The notes: generated from the letters alone by a model not told the origin. 64,000 nucleotides of DNA from Rhodospirillales bacterium (GCA_038143065.1 JAYQLI010000035.1:1088001-1152000), one strand, 5' to 3'. Positions 9,939-20,962 are shown, numbered from the stretch's first letter. A program made the numbers and translations.

Positions 9939-10700
9939 TCAGACTCCCTTAAAATCAGGTGTTCGCTTTTCCAAACGGGCTGCTATGCCCTCTTTTGAGT
10001 CTGCACTCGCGCGGGTTGCATTTACCAATTGATCAACATCGCCGTGATAGACACCATCACGGAATGCCATCTCGCGAACCAGAAGCGACTTGATCGCTCG
10101 GAGGGAAAGTGGGGCATTTCTTGCAAGACGGTCTATTACTCTTTCAGCTGAAGACTCCAGATCATGCTCAGGAACAGCTGAATAAATTATACCAAGGTCA
10201 TGAAGGCGTCTGGAAGGTAAAGGGTCACCCAGCAATAGGACCTCACGAGCACCCACTGGCCCCGCAACTTCCATAAGCTTTTTTGCAAGAAACCATGTCG
10301 GTGCTAAACCAATTTGTGCCAGAGACATTCCAAAACGCGCATTTTCCGAAGCCACTACAAAATCACAATGAAGTGCGAGTTCACAGCCACCAGCAATGGC
10401 ATCTCCATGAACGACTGCAACTGCGGGTAAAGGATAGTTTTCAAGGGCGTGTAACATACCCTCGATCGGGCTTTCATTATCTTTAATTGGCTTGGCCAGC
10501 CGTTCTTTTAGATCCATACCGGAGCAGAAAGATGGTCCTTCCGCTCTAAGGACTAAAACCCGCTCATCTGGTGCTGGTGTTTCATTCAGAGCGGTAAGCA
10601 TTTCATCTAACATCGCAAGATTTAACGCATTACGCTTGTCACCGCGAGTCAGAGTCATCGTTCGTACAGGACCGGACTTTTCAATTCGAATGTATTCCAT
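9939..10700 (-). CDS. Enoyl-CoA hydratase/isomerase family protein
   Basis: KRNAL, FCSGMDL, AIAGGCELALHCD, EKRTPDFKG. Confidence 0.88.
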   Translation of the reverse strand: MEYIRIEKSGPVRTMTLTRGDKRNALNLAMLDEMLTALNETPAPDERVLVLRAEGPSFCSGMDLKERLAKPIKDNESPIEGMLHALENYPLPAVAVVHGDAIAGGCELALHCDFVVASENARFGMSLAQIGLAPTWFLAKKLMEVAGPVGAREVLLLGDPLPSRRLHDLGIIYSAVPEHDLESSAERVIDRLARNAPLSLRAIKSLLVREMAFRDGVYHGDVDQLVNATRASADSKEGIAARLEKRTPDFKGV

Positions 10701-10711
10701 CGAATTTTCTC

Positions 10712-11561
10712 CTAAGGCTGCCCAACTCCAGGAACGGCCACTCTAATTTTTTCTATTCGCCCATCTCTCCGGGCAGCAGCATGGGTGCCTGAACCGGAGC
10801 AAGTGCAAATATATAAAGTTTTTCTATCATCGTCCCCAAGCATACAAGCAAAAGAACCAAAACGACCAGTCGATATCCGCATGGTCACTTCACCACCTTC
10901 TAGTACTCGAATGGTTTCATTGTTTCGCGGATCTGCAACCCAGATAGCTCCCTCTGCATCAAGACAGATACCATCCGGAAAATTATCACCTAAACTTGCC
11001 CAAACCCTCTTATTTGAAAGTTCACCACCTGGACCGATATCCATTGCAGTAAGACAGTTGGCACGGGTCTCGCCAACAATAAGGGTTTTTCCGTCAGGAG
11101 TGATTACGGACCCATTTGGAAAATGAAACCCTTCAGCAGCAAGCGAAACTTCGCCATTAGGATCAACGCGTATTATGTTGGCTAATCGTTGCTCTGCACC
11201 AACGTATGTATCGTAGCCAAAATTACCCACATAAGCGCGCCCTTCTTTACTCACGACCATGTCGTTGCAGTGGAACGTCGCAAGTTCGGAAAGATTGGCA
11301 TGTTCAACAAGACTACCGTCTTTCTCCTGGCGCAGCAGACGACGATCCTTCATGGAAACAATGAGTAATCTTCCATCTGGCAACCATCCAAGACCAGAGG
11401 GCTGGTTTTCAACTCTTGCCACTGGCTTTAAATCACCGCCTGAGCCCATTCGGAAAACTGTTTGTTGATAAAAGTCAGAAAACCAGAGCGCCCCCTCGTA
11501 CCAGCGCGGCCCCTCTGGAAAAGCCTAGACCCTCAATCACAACATGCTGAGGCGTTGTCAT
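10712..11561 (-). CDS. SMP-30/gluconolactonase/LRE family protein; N-terminal frameshifts
   Basis: The N-terminus MTTPQHVVIEGLGF..EGPRW reads from 11561. PSGLGWLPDG, CNDMVV, FPNG and PDGICLDAEG are present. Confidence 0.85.
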
Positions 11562-11687
11562 TTTATTCTCCGGACTTCATTTCAAAACAGATTTACTTCA
11601 CCAGGTCTTTTGTTGAGCCCCCAGTGACTCTGCAGGTATTATCGGCTTAGATTTCCTCCATGAAAACCTTTAATCGAAGGTAGATAT

Positions 11688-12516
11688 ATGCAGCTAAAAA
11701 AGCTTTCCGGCGCCATGGGAGCGGAAATAGCCGGCTTTAACCTGGCCAAGGACATCAGCAAGAGCTTGGCGACGGAAATCATTGATGCTCTCGCGGAATA
11801 TGGTGTTTTGTTATTTAGGGACCAAGACCTGGATGTAGAAGCTCACAAGAAAATTGCTCGCCACTTCGGCGATATTTTTATTCACCCAAATTTTAATACC
11901 GGCGACCATGACCCAGAAGTTGTGAATATTGTTAGACAACCTGGTGATAGCCGCATAGTTGGAGAGGACTGGCACGCGGACACAACAATGATGGCGGAGC
12001 CACCAATGGGCGCTCTGCTGTACGCTCTTGAGACACCTCCTTACGGAGGCGACACCTTTTCGCGGCGCAGTGGCTGGCTTATGAAGCTCTTTCTGACGAT
12101 ATGAAAAAATTCTTAGCTGATCTCAAATGCGTCCATTCAGATATAAAAGTCGCTGTCCCACACAATAAACTCAATTCTAAACGAGCTACGGTGGTCCGCG
12201 AAGATGATGGATGGAAACCAACAGAAAATTCGCACCCCGTAGTTCGCACACATCCGTGTCAGGGAAAAAATGCCTTTTTGTCAATCATTCCTATTCCATT
12301 CGATTTGAAGGCTGGACAGAGGAAGAGTCTCTGCCTTTGTTAAATTGGCTCATGGATTGGGGACACCGACCTGAATTCACCTGTCGTTTACAATGGAAAG
12401 ACAGGTCTCTAGCTTTTTGGGACAATCGCTCAACTAAGCATCTAGCAATTAATGATGACTACGAGCATCGCCGCGTCATGCGCCGCATCCAGATTGCTGG
12501 GACGCCTGTGGAATGA
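11688..12516 (+). CDS. TauD-family Fe/2OG dioxygenase (taurine/sulfonate dioxygenase-like); frameshifts ~12058 and ~12258
   Basis: GAEI.G, LFRDQ, WHADTT, GGDT, HPVVRTHP, FWDNRSTKH, RVMRR across three ORFs. Confidence 0.85.
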
Positions 12517-12602
12517 TGTTTTTTTAAAATATTAAAATTTCGTTACCTACTTAATAGCATCAACTGATACCTCATCATGCGATGATGCCTGAGGAGAAAA
12601 CA

Positions 12603-14330
12603 ATGAGCCGGAAAACACTCGAAGAATTGCGCAGCCAACGCTGGTTTGGTGTCGATAATATGCGTGCGTTTGGCCATAGAAGTCGCACCATGGAAATGGG
12701 CTTTAGTCGCGAAGATTTTATGGGAAAACCGGTTATTGGAATCGTGAATACCTGGGCCGACACCAATACGTGCCACAGTCACATGAGACAGCGTGCAGAA
12801 GAAGTAAAACGCGGCGTTTGGCAAGCAGGAGGGTTTCCTTTGGAAATGCCTGCAATGTCTGTTGGTGAGCAACATACCAAGCCTACTTCAATGCTCTATC
12901 GTAATTTTTTGGCAATGGAGACAGAAGAACTTCTCCGCTCCCAACCGGTGGATGGTGTGGTGCTGATGGGCGGTTGTGACAAGACAACTCCAGCATTGCT
13001 TATGGGAGCAATATCTATGAATCTGCCGGCGATTTACGTCCCCGCTGGTGCGATGCTGCGGGGACACTGAGAAAGGGACAACTCTTGGTTCAGGTACTGA
13101 CGTTTTCAAATATTGGGCAGAAAGACGCGCTGGCAACGTAACGGATGAGCAGTGGAGCGAATTAGAAGAAGGTATAGCTCGCTCAGCCGGAACCTGTATG
13201 ACAATGGGCACAGCATCCACAATGATGTCGCTTGCCGAGGTTTTGGGCTTTTCTTTACCTGGCGCTTCATCGATCCCAGCAGTGGACTCAACTCACTCGA
13301 TGATGGCCAGTAGATCCGGACGACGGATTGTAGAAATGGTGTGGAACGATCAAAAACCATCTGACATAGCGACCCACGAGGCATTTCAGGATGCTATAGT
13401 CGCTGACATGGCACTGGGTGGGTCGACAAATGCAATCATTCACCTGACCGCAATGGCAGGCCGCGCAGGCATCAAATTGACGTTAGATGATTTTGACAAA
13501 GCATCTAAGACAACACCGATGCTCCTAAATCTAAAGCCTTCCGGCAAATACTTGATGGAAGACTTTTTATTATTCAGGAGGATTACGTGCCCTTCTCCGA
13601 CAAATCTCTGATCTTCTAGCATCTAGATAGAACCGTATGTAATGGGATGACTTTCGGGGAAAATATTGAAACAGCTGAGATATTTAATGAGGAAGTTATT
13701 CGTCCTCGGGGTAATCCTATCTCAGCCACAGGTGGAACAGCTGCGCTAAAGGGCAATCTTGCGCCATATGGCGCAATCATAAAACCCACAGCAGCGGAGC
13801 CTCATCTTTTGAAACACACTGGTCCGGCTGTTGCTTTCGAGAATGTCGACGACATTTACGCACGTATAGATGATCCCGACCTCGATGTGACTAAAGATTC
13901 TGTCTTAGTTTTAAAAAATGCTGGCCCTAAAGGCGCCCCAGGGATGCCTGAGTGGGGACAACTTCCAATTCCACAAAAACTACTGAAACAAGGCGTGCGA
14001 GACATGGTCCGAATTTCAGACTGCCGCATGAGCGGGACCAGCTTTGGCGCCTGTATACTGCACGTAGCCCCGAAGCAGCGGTAGGAGGCAATCTCGCATT
14101 GGTGAAAACAGGAGATCTGATTACTTTAGATGTAGAAGCTAGAAAACTTGAACTGCACGTTTCAGACGAAGAACTTGAGATACGTCGAAAAAGTTGGAAG
14201 GCTCCAAAAAGTCCCTACTCTCGAGGATATGGAGCACTTTTTTATGCAGCATGTTACCCAAGCTCACGAGGGCTGCGACTTCGACTTTTTGCACGCCGGG
14301 GCCTCCACTCCTGAGCCAAAAATTTATTAG
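12603..14330 (+). CDS. IlvD/Edd-family sugar-acid dehydratase (L-arabinonate dehydratase-like); several frameshifts
   Basis: LRSQRWFG, CHSH, PTSMLYRN, GGCDKT, GTCMTMGTASTM, GGSTN, GPKGAPGMPEWG, RMSGT, QAHEGCDFDFL. Confidence 0.88.
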
Positions 14331-14536
14331 AGAAGTAGTATCAGAACTTCACCACACCATTCGGGCACCAAACCAAAAAATCAATCAAGGGATTAGCTTA
14401 CTTTGAAAATACGCCTAAAGGCCTATTGGCTATAATCTAATCAAAACTTTGAATTTCTTTATGCTACACGAGTAGCAAAATGGGCATTTAGCTACCATTT
14501 CTTAAACCAAACAATTTCTGCGGATTAAACTTCATA

Positions 14537-14751
14537 ATGCAAAATCATCCAGCCCCTATTGACCCCAAGCTACTTTGAGCTCCTCGTATGCCCAATTACC
14601 AAAAAAGCCATTAATATATGACCAAGAACGGCAGGAATTGATTAGCAAAGAAGCGGGGTTGGCTTATCCGATCGAAGATGGAATTCCAATAATGCTGCCC
14701 GAGGACGCACGTCAGCTAGAAGATGAAAATCAAGATTCAGGAAATTCGTAA
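14537..14751 (+). CDS. Trm112-like (UPF0434/YcaR) protein; frameshifted, absent from ORF track
   Basis: Manual reading across two indels gives [50 protein letters not shown]. The stop TAA overlaps the next ATG. Confidence 0.85.
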
Positions 14752-15137
14752 TGGCTCGCACTTTAGCAGAGATAGATTTAGCCCCAGCACCCCAGCCTAA
14801 AGAAATTAGAATAACAAAAGATAAAACTGGCATGACCATCGCATTCGATGATGGAGAAATCTATAATCTGTCTGCAGAACTCCTTCGAGTAGAGAGCCCC
14901 TCTGCCGAGGTACAGGGACATGGAGCTGGACAAAAACAACTCGTCCCAGGCAAAAGTCAGGTAAAAATTATTTCCGTAACACCAAATGGTAACTATGCAG
15001 TTCGATTAGGCTTTGACGATGGCCACTCAACCGGCATATTTTCTTGGCGCTACCTGCGGTTTCTTGGTGAAAATGCGACTTCCCTTATGGATGACTATTT
15101 AGAAAATTTAGCAGATGCCGGCATGACACGCTCTTAA
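14751..15137 (+). CDS. DUF971 / gamma-butyrobetaine hydroxylase N-terminal-like protein
   Basis: LSAELLRVESPSAEVQGHG, GNYAVRLGFDDGHSTGIFSW. Confidence 0.88.
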   Translation: MARTLAEIDLAPAPQPKEIRITKDKTGMTIAFDDGEIYNLSAELLRVESPSAEVQGHGAGQKQLVPGKSQVKIISVTPNGNYAVRLGFDDGHSTGIFSWRYLRFLGENATSLMDDYLENLADAGMTRS

Positions 15138-15172
15138 CAAACAGCATGGCTATAACTCATTTAAAACCTTAA

Positions 15173-15191
15173 GTAAGCAGAAACTGCTTAC
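15173..15191. terminator. Perfect 8-bp hairpin downstream of DUF971 gene
   Basis: GTAAGCAG-AAA-CTGCTTAC. There is no immediate U tract, so it may be a terminator or an operator. Confidence 0.4.
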
Positions 15192-15352
15192 GTCTGCGGT
15201 AAAAAGGTGTCTAAAGTTTGAGGGCTAAGGAAGAATTTTTTGATTGTTGGTAGTTAAAATTTTTGGAACATTTGTCTTTAAACATTTCCACTCCTGAAAA
15301 AGAAGTTGGCCGTGGTGTCATTGCTACCAAAGCGTGCTGATGAGAAATACTG

Positions 15353-16419
15353 ATGTTGAGTAAAGTACGCCACACAAGCCTCAAACTTATTATTATGACA
15401 GCTGCAGCCGGGCTAATCGCATTTGGTGTTGTTGAAGGCCTGTTTTGGTGGCGCCACGTAACTACAACCAATGCATGGATTGAAGCTGACTTCACCTTGA
15501 TGGGAAGCAGTATCAACGGCCGAATTTCAAGCATTGAAACTAGTAAGGGTGACACTGTTAAGGCCGGACAGCTTCTCGCCAAGATGGATACAGAGCTTGT
15601 TGAACTAAATCTAGCCTCGCTCCTTACAGACTTGGAGCAAGAAAAGGCAAAAAAAACTCTTATTGAAAGTGAGTTAAAAGCATTTCAAAAGAAATTAATG
15701 ATCGAGTTGAAACCCAAAAAGCATTGATTGCTGGTCTAAATAAGGAATTAGAAACTTTTCAGCTGCGTCTTGAAATAGCGCAGTCAACAATGAACCGAAA
15801 TGCTCCCTTGATAAGAAGCAAAGTAGTTTCCGAGCAAGCCCGAGAAAAATTTAAGGACCGCATTCTAGAAATCACCAGTAAAATCGATGAAATCCAGACC
15901 AAAATTTTAGAGAAAAACAGAAAAATCGCCGAACTTCAGGGCATGAGAATACAGGAGGGTGTCTACAAATCTCGTATTCAAGTCACAGACGGTGGCATCA
16001 AAAAGTTAAAAGTGCGGATACGGCAGGTTGAGCGGGAACTTTCTAAAATGCACATCTACGCTCCCTTCGATGCAGTTATCAACGACATTTACGTAGATAC
16101 TCAGAACTACGTAGAGGATGGCGATCGCGTTTTCTTGCTGCACAATCCACAAAACCTATGGGTAGAAGCTTTGGTTGATGAATCAGAAGTTCGACTTCTT
16201 TCCAATGGGCAGCTCACTGAAATCGATATAGATGCACAGCCTGATTTCAAGTTTTCAGGTAAAATAGTTTCTGTCGGACAGGCAACCATTGGTTCTATGA
16301 CTGAAAGTCCTGACAATACGCGCGGAGCTCCAAAGTTACCTGTCCGCATAAATATCGATAATTCAACACACTCGCTTTGGCCTGGCGTTCGAGCAACAGT
16401 TCATATCCGCGTCAGATAG
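15353..16419 (+). CDS. HlyD/EmrA-family membrane fusion protein; frameshift near 15690
   Basis: N-terminal TM, TTNAWI, GDTVKAGQLL lipoyl half-motif, long coiled coil, IYAPFD, WVEALVDE, LWPG. Confidence 0.85.
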
Positions 16420-16426
16420 ACTAACC

Positions 16427-17794
16427 ATGGATCTGTCCCGTCTCCATTGGCGTTCAATTATGATCATTGCAACCAGCGCAATGATGATCCAACAAGCCTT
16501 TTCATATGTCTGCCAAATTGTGATGCCCATCTTAGCAGATCGACTGGCTGAGGAGTATGGAATTTCTCGTGGTTGGTTGGGCTTGTACCTCGCCATCCAA
16601 AATATCATGGCAATTATTGCTGCCGTTGGCTGTGGAGGTTTTATTCTTCGCTTTGGTGCGGTTCGTATAAGTCAAACGACCCTAATTCTCATGGGCAGTA
16701 GCCTGCTAGTAATTGCCTCCGGTCAGTTATGGCTTTATCCCATTGGCGCAATTTTACTCGGTGCAGCGTCCGTTTCCACGCCAGCAAGCTCACATATCTT
16801 AGCTAAAGTGTGTCCTCCACAGTTAGCTCCACTAGTCTTTTCAATCAAGCAAACTGGTGTTCCTGTTGGAGCTCTGATAGGGGGCCTCCTTTTGCCATTT
16901 TTGCTTGGAGTAGTCTTCTATAGTCACGTCCTCGGGCAAACTATCCGACTTGGGCATTTTGGTGCTGCTTTTATCACGGCTTTAATCGTATTTTTCGTTG
17001 CTTTTGCTCTTCAGCCCATTAGGGGATATTTCGACGCCGACCGAGACCCAAAAACTAAAATTTCATTTGGCAACATTCACGCAACCATGAAGATGGTTTT
17101 AGGCAACCCTCCCTTAGAGATCTAGCTTTTGCTGCCTTCGCCTTTGGGGGATTACAGGCCGTGTTCTCTGGGTTCTTTTTACTCTTTTTTGATTGATGGC
17201 CTCGGTTATTCTGAGGTTGAGGCAGGCGGTGCCTTTGCTATTGCAAGTTTTTCAGCAATCTGGGCAAGGATTATTTGGGGTTGGTTGGCGGGCAGCCATT
17301 TTTCACCGCGATATCTGCTTTCAACAATCGGACTGATTGCAGGATTTTCTTCACTGATTATAGCAAATTTTGACCTTAGTTGGGGCCTGCTCGACATAAC
17401 CATTGTGGCAATTGCATTCAATATTTCTGCCATTAGCTGGCATGGCCTACTTCTAGCAGAAACTGCCAGACTTGCCCCTAAAGAACATGTAGGGGGAGTT
17501 ACCGGTGGCGTGTTGTCATTCACCAGTATTGCAATGATGATCTACCCAGCTATCTATGGATTAATACTGGCCCTTACTGGTTCATACAGCCTCGGTTTTC
17601 TTTTAGCGGCTATCCCTTCATTCATCGCGTTTATAATATTTCTGCGCAAGCCAATCGAAGCCTCTTGGATCTCATCCGTCACGAAGAATATTATTCTGGT
17701 AATCCGCCCAGAAGTTTTAATCCAGGTAGCAACGACAATTGGGTTTGGAATTGGAATTGGGTTAACTTGGGACTATATGGATTTCGGTTATTGA
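16427..17794 (+). CDS. MFS transporter; frameshifts near 17110-17190
   Basis: Multiple TM helices with TPASSHIL, FSIKQTGVP, ARIIWGWLA, SWHGLLLAE. Confidence 0.82.
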
Positions 17795-17885
17795 TCAAAA
17801 CTGCTGTGTCATCAGCGTAGGACCAAGCTCCAAAACCTTGGTGCTTTTATTTTTTCAAATATTTGAGCCGCATCAGGTTTGATAA

Positions 17886-18515
17886 TCAGTAGATTGTCTT
17901 TCTCATGTGCTCTGGATAACTCGCATCATAAGCATCAGCATCAAAATCACTCTCTAAACCTTTTAAAATTTGTCCCGCCGTTGGGGTCGGCCTCTCCTGC
18001 GGCCATTCTTCAAATTTCCATAACTTTGAGCGAACCAATGCTTTCGTGCACTGGAAATAAACGCGGTCAACAGTAACAGCTATGACACTTCGCGGGAGTT
18101 TACCCTCGATGGAAAATTCGTTCAGAAGTTCAGGTTGAATAAGAATTTCCGCGGTCCCATTAATTCTTAAAGCCTCACCCACGGTCGGTATTAAAAAGAG
18201 CAGCGAACATCTTGAATCTCGGACAATATTTTTAAGACTATCTATGCGGTTGTTTCCTCTTCGGTCGGGTATCAAAACCGTTTTTTCATCAACAACACGG
18301 CAAAAGCCAGCAGGGTCGCCTCGCGGGCTGCTGTCCAGTCCTTCCGGCCCGACTGTCGAAAGGATAATAAAAGGCGATGCCTCAATGAAAGATCGATAGT
18401 GATCTGATATGTAAGTAATTTCTTTAACTAAAGACTTGGGCGAGGGCTCGCCATAAATCTTTTCAAGGTCGGGTAGGCTTTTAATGCTGAGGGCATCTTT
18501 ATCACGGTTAAACAT
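17886..18515 (-). CDS. Pyridoxamine 5'-phosphate oxidase-like FMN-binding protein (MSMEG_1061 family)
   Basis: DSSPRGDPAGF, PDRRGNNRIDSLKNI, YFQCTKALVRSKLW. Confidence 0.87.
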   Translation of the reverse strand: MFNRDKDALSIKSLPDLEKIYGEPSPKSLVKEITYISDHYRSFIEASPFIILSTVGPEGLDSSPRGDPAGFCRVVDEKTVLIPDRRGNNRIDSLKNIVRDSRCSLLFLIPTVGEALRINGTAEILIQPELLNEFSIEGKLPRSVIAVTVDRVYFQCTKALVRSKLWKFEEWPQERPTPTAGQILKGLESDFDADAYDASYPEHMRKTIY

Positions 18516-18660
18516 GGCCTTTCCTTATCTCAATAATGTTCTAAAACTTAAAAATCCCGCAGTATTACTATTATCCATTCAAGGCTCTTTGGCATCAAAA
18601 CTCAAAAAAATATTGTAAAGGCATCATACAAGCCAACTGTTGAAACCATGTTTCTGAATA

Positions 18661-19494
18661 TCAAAGCATCTCTATTGGAGCACCAGCTCGTGGCGGTGGA
18701 AAAGCCATTTCCAAAGCTGCAAACAAATCACTGTGCAGAGGTTTCATAACGGCCTGAACAAATGCTTCAATTCGCTGAGGAGAAACACTTTTTGGAATCG
18801 CAAAAACATCTTTTTGAGAAATGACCCAGGCCAATGCTAAATCTAACGGCTGTATTCCAGCCTCATCTGCAATTACTTTCAATCGGCCGTCAGCAGCCAA
18901 TCTACCTTGCTCAAGGGGAGAATAGGCCATGACAGGCACTCTTCTTTGAGTCATTTCGGGGATTAATCTATCCTCCGGCCAGCGGCGCGTCAGATTGTAG
19001 AGCACCTGGTTCGTCTGACAAGCAACACCGCCGGGAGTGGACCAAATTTCCGCCATATCACTGGCGTCCATGTTAGAAACACCCCAGGCACCGATTTTTC
19101 CGATCTCAACAAGGCGTTCAAAGCCCTCAATTGTTTCCTGCAACTCAATAGAGCCTCGCCAGTGCAAAAGGTAAAGATCAATTCTCTCAATTCCCAAGCG
19201 GTTGAGAGATCTATCACATGCTGCCAATATCCCTTTTAAGGAAGCATTATGTGGATAGACCTTTGAGACAATATAAGGTTTTTGAGCAATCCCTTTCAGA
19301 GCCAGTCCTATAATCTCCTCTGCACCGCCATCACCATACATCTCTGCCGTATCTAGAAGAGAAATGCCTACATCAAGTGCATGCCTTATAGCCTTAACCT
19401 CAACAGAGAGGTCCCCCCGACGCTCTCCCATTCCCCATGTGCCAAGACCAAGCTTTGGAACTTTGTCACCATTGGGTAATATTAAAGTTTCCAT
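18661..19494 (-). CDS. Aldo/keto reductase (YeaE-like)
   Basis: GLGTWGMG, DTAEMYG, VSKVYP, DLYLLHW, GVSN, AYSPL, IPKS. Confidence 0.9.
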   Translation of the reverse strand: METLILPNGDKVPKLGLGTWGMGERRGDLSVEVKAIRHALDVGISLLDTAEMYGDGGAEEIIGLALKGIAQKPYIVSKVYPHNASLKGILAACDRSLNRLGIERIDLYLLHWRGSIELQETIEGFERLVEIGKIGAWGVSNMDASDMAEIWSTPGGVACQTNQVLYNLTRRWPEDRLIPEMTQRRVPVMAYSPLEQGRLAADGRLKVIADEAGIQPLDLALAWVISQKDVFAIPKSVSPQRIEAFVQAVMKPLHSDLFAALEMAFPPPRAGAPIEML

Positions 19495-19584
19495 ATCCCG
19501 TTTCACACGTCCCAGAAATTTTTGTTTATTATTGAAAATAGCAATAACAAAAAACTAACACGCACAATTTAAAGATAAAAAAGC

Positions 19585-20373
19585 ATGGCTCAACCAACGA
19601 TTTCCGTCTTAATGCCCGCCTACAAGGCTGAAGCAACCATTAAAAGGGCAGCCAAGAGTGTTTTAGAACAGGACTGGCCAGATCTCGAGCTAGTAATATC
19701 CTCTGATGATGGTGAGGACTACATTGGCATTCTGTTGAAACAAGGTCTTAAAGACGATCGCATTAGGCAAGTAATGACAGGGGGGGTTGGAACTGGGGAT
19801 TGGAATGCGCGAAATGCTGCACTTAAGGCTGCGGAAGGAGAACTTGTCACCTTAATAGACTCTGACGACGAGTATGCTTCTGGGCGATTATCTGCTTTGG
19901 CGCCTCTTGCCATGAAAAATGGCGCAGCGATTGATGACACGCAACTTTATCTAAATGAACTGGTAGTAGCCACTCTGTTACACGATCACGAGCGTATTGA
20001 TGGTAAATCTGTTCAAGCGACGGCTCCTTTAATCCTTCGAGATCGCACCCCCGTTTTCCCAATGTGGAATAAAAAGAATGTAAATATCAATTGGCATGAA
20101 TTACCGCATGCTTCGGATGTTATATTTTCGCTTGAGTTATTGTCAGCTGCTCCAGAAATGAAAATCACACCTCATGGAGGATATTTGTACTATAAGCGTC
20201 CGGGTTCTATGACGCTGTCGGACTCAATGACACAACGCTCACGGCAAGCGTATTACGCAATTATTAATTCAATCACTTCAGGAAAATATTCCTTTTCTCC
20301 TGAGATTGCAGATTTTGCTCTTTATGAAATATCTAAGAATCTCAATCAAGCCAATGCATTCGGTAAAATATAA
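19585..20373 (+). CDS. Glycosyltransferase family 2 (frame stays open to 20481 after the TAA)
   Basis: ISVLMPAY, SVLEQ, ARNAAL and DxD motif IDSDD. Confidence 0.8.
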   Translation: MAQPTISVLMPAYKAEATIKRAAKSVLEQDWPDLELVISSDDGEDYIGILLKQGLKDDRIRQVMTGGVGTGDWNARNAALKAAEGELVTLIDSDDEYASGRLSALAPLAMKNGAAIDDTQLYLNELVVATLLHDHERIDGKSVQATAPLILRDRTPVFPMWNKKNVNINWHELPHASDVIFSLELLSAAPEMKITPHGGYLYYKRPGSMTLSDSMTQRSRQAYYAIINSITSGKYSFSPEIADFALYEISKNLNQANAFGKI

Positions 20374-20477
20374 TCAAGTAACCCAAACCTAACACACGAA
20401 ATGTTGGCAATTCGTTTTAATCAGCGCTCAATGATAGAAAAAGAACGAATTGTATTCTTCCGAGGAGTGTTAGAATT

Positions 20478-20870
20478 ATAAGTTCAGAGCTTGCGTTTAA
20501 TCACCAACGCATTGCGATTGAAGGTCTTACAATTAAGGCCAGAATTGGGATCGCGGATTGGGAAAAAACACGACCACAACGTCTAACTTTTGATGTGGCG
20601 GTGTACAGAAAAAAATTTGGATCAGAACAGACAATAGCTGACTGCTACGACTATTCCGCCCTCCAAACCTTCTTAATGGGATACAGCCAACGAGAACATA
20701 TCGACTTGTTGGAGACCATATCAACTGAAGTATTGAATTTCTGTTTCAGAGACGACAGGGTAGCTGCAGCTGAAGTAAAAGTGACTAAACCGGACGTTTT
20801 TAGCGGTTTCGGGATCCCCGCGGTTTCAGCGATCGTGACACGAGAAACTTGGATAAAGAATCAACAGTAA
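20478..20870 (+). CDS. folB: Dihydroneopterin aldolase (FolB)-family protein
   Basis: The frame of ORF 20595-20870 extends upstream as RIAIEGLTIKARIGIADWEKTRPQRLTFDV. It has DYS, LLET and VKVTKPD. The start codon is uncertain: ATA/ATT follows GAGGAG. Confidence 0.78.
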   Translation: MSSELAFNHQRIAIEGLTIKARIGIADWEKTRPQRLTFDVAVYRKKFGSEQTIADCYDYSALQTFLMGYSQREHIDLLETISTEVLNFCFRDDRVAAAEVKVTKPDVFSGFGIPAVSAIVTRETWIKNQQ

Positions 20871-20883
20871 ATCTAATAAAGTT

Positions 20884-20901
20884 TTACAGGAAATCCTGTA
20901 A
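20884..20901. terminator. Hairpin between convergent folB and lipoprotein genes
   Basis: TTACAGG-AAAT-CCTGTAA, a 7-bp perfect stem. Confidence 0.4.
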
Positions 20902-20962
20902 CTCAAAAAACTGTAGCCCACTGACTTTGGGTCTGCGCTGCTTTTAAGTACAGAATGAATTT

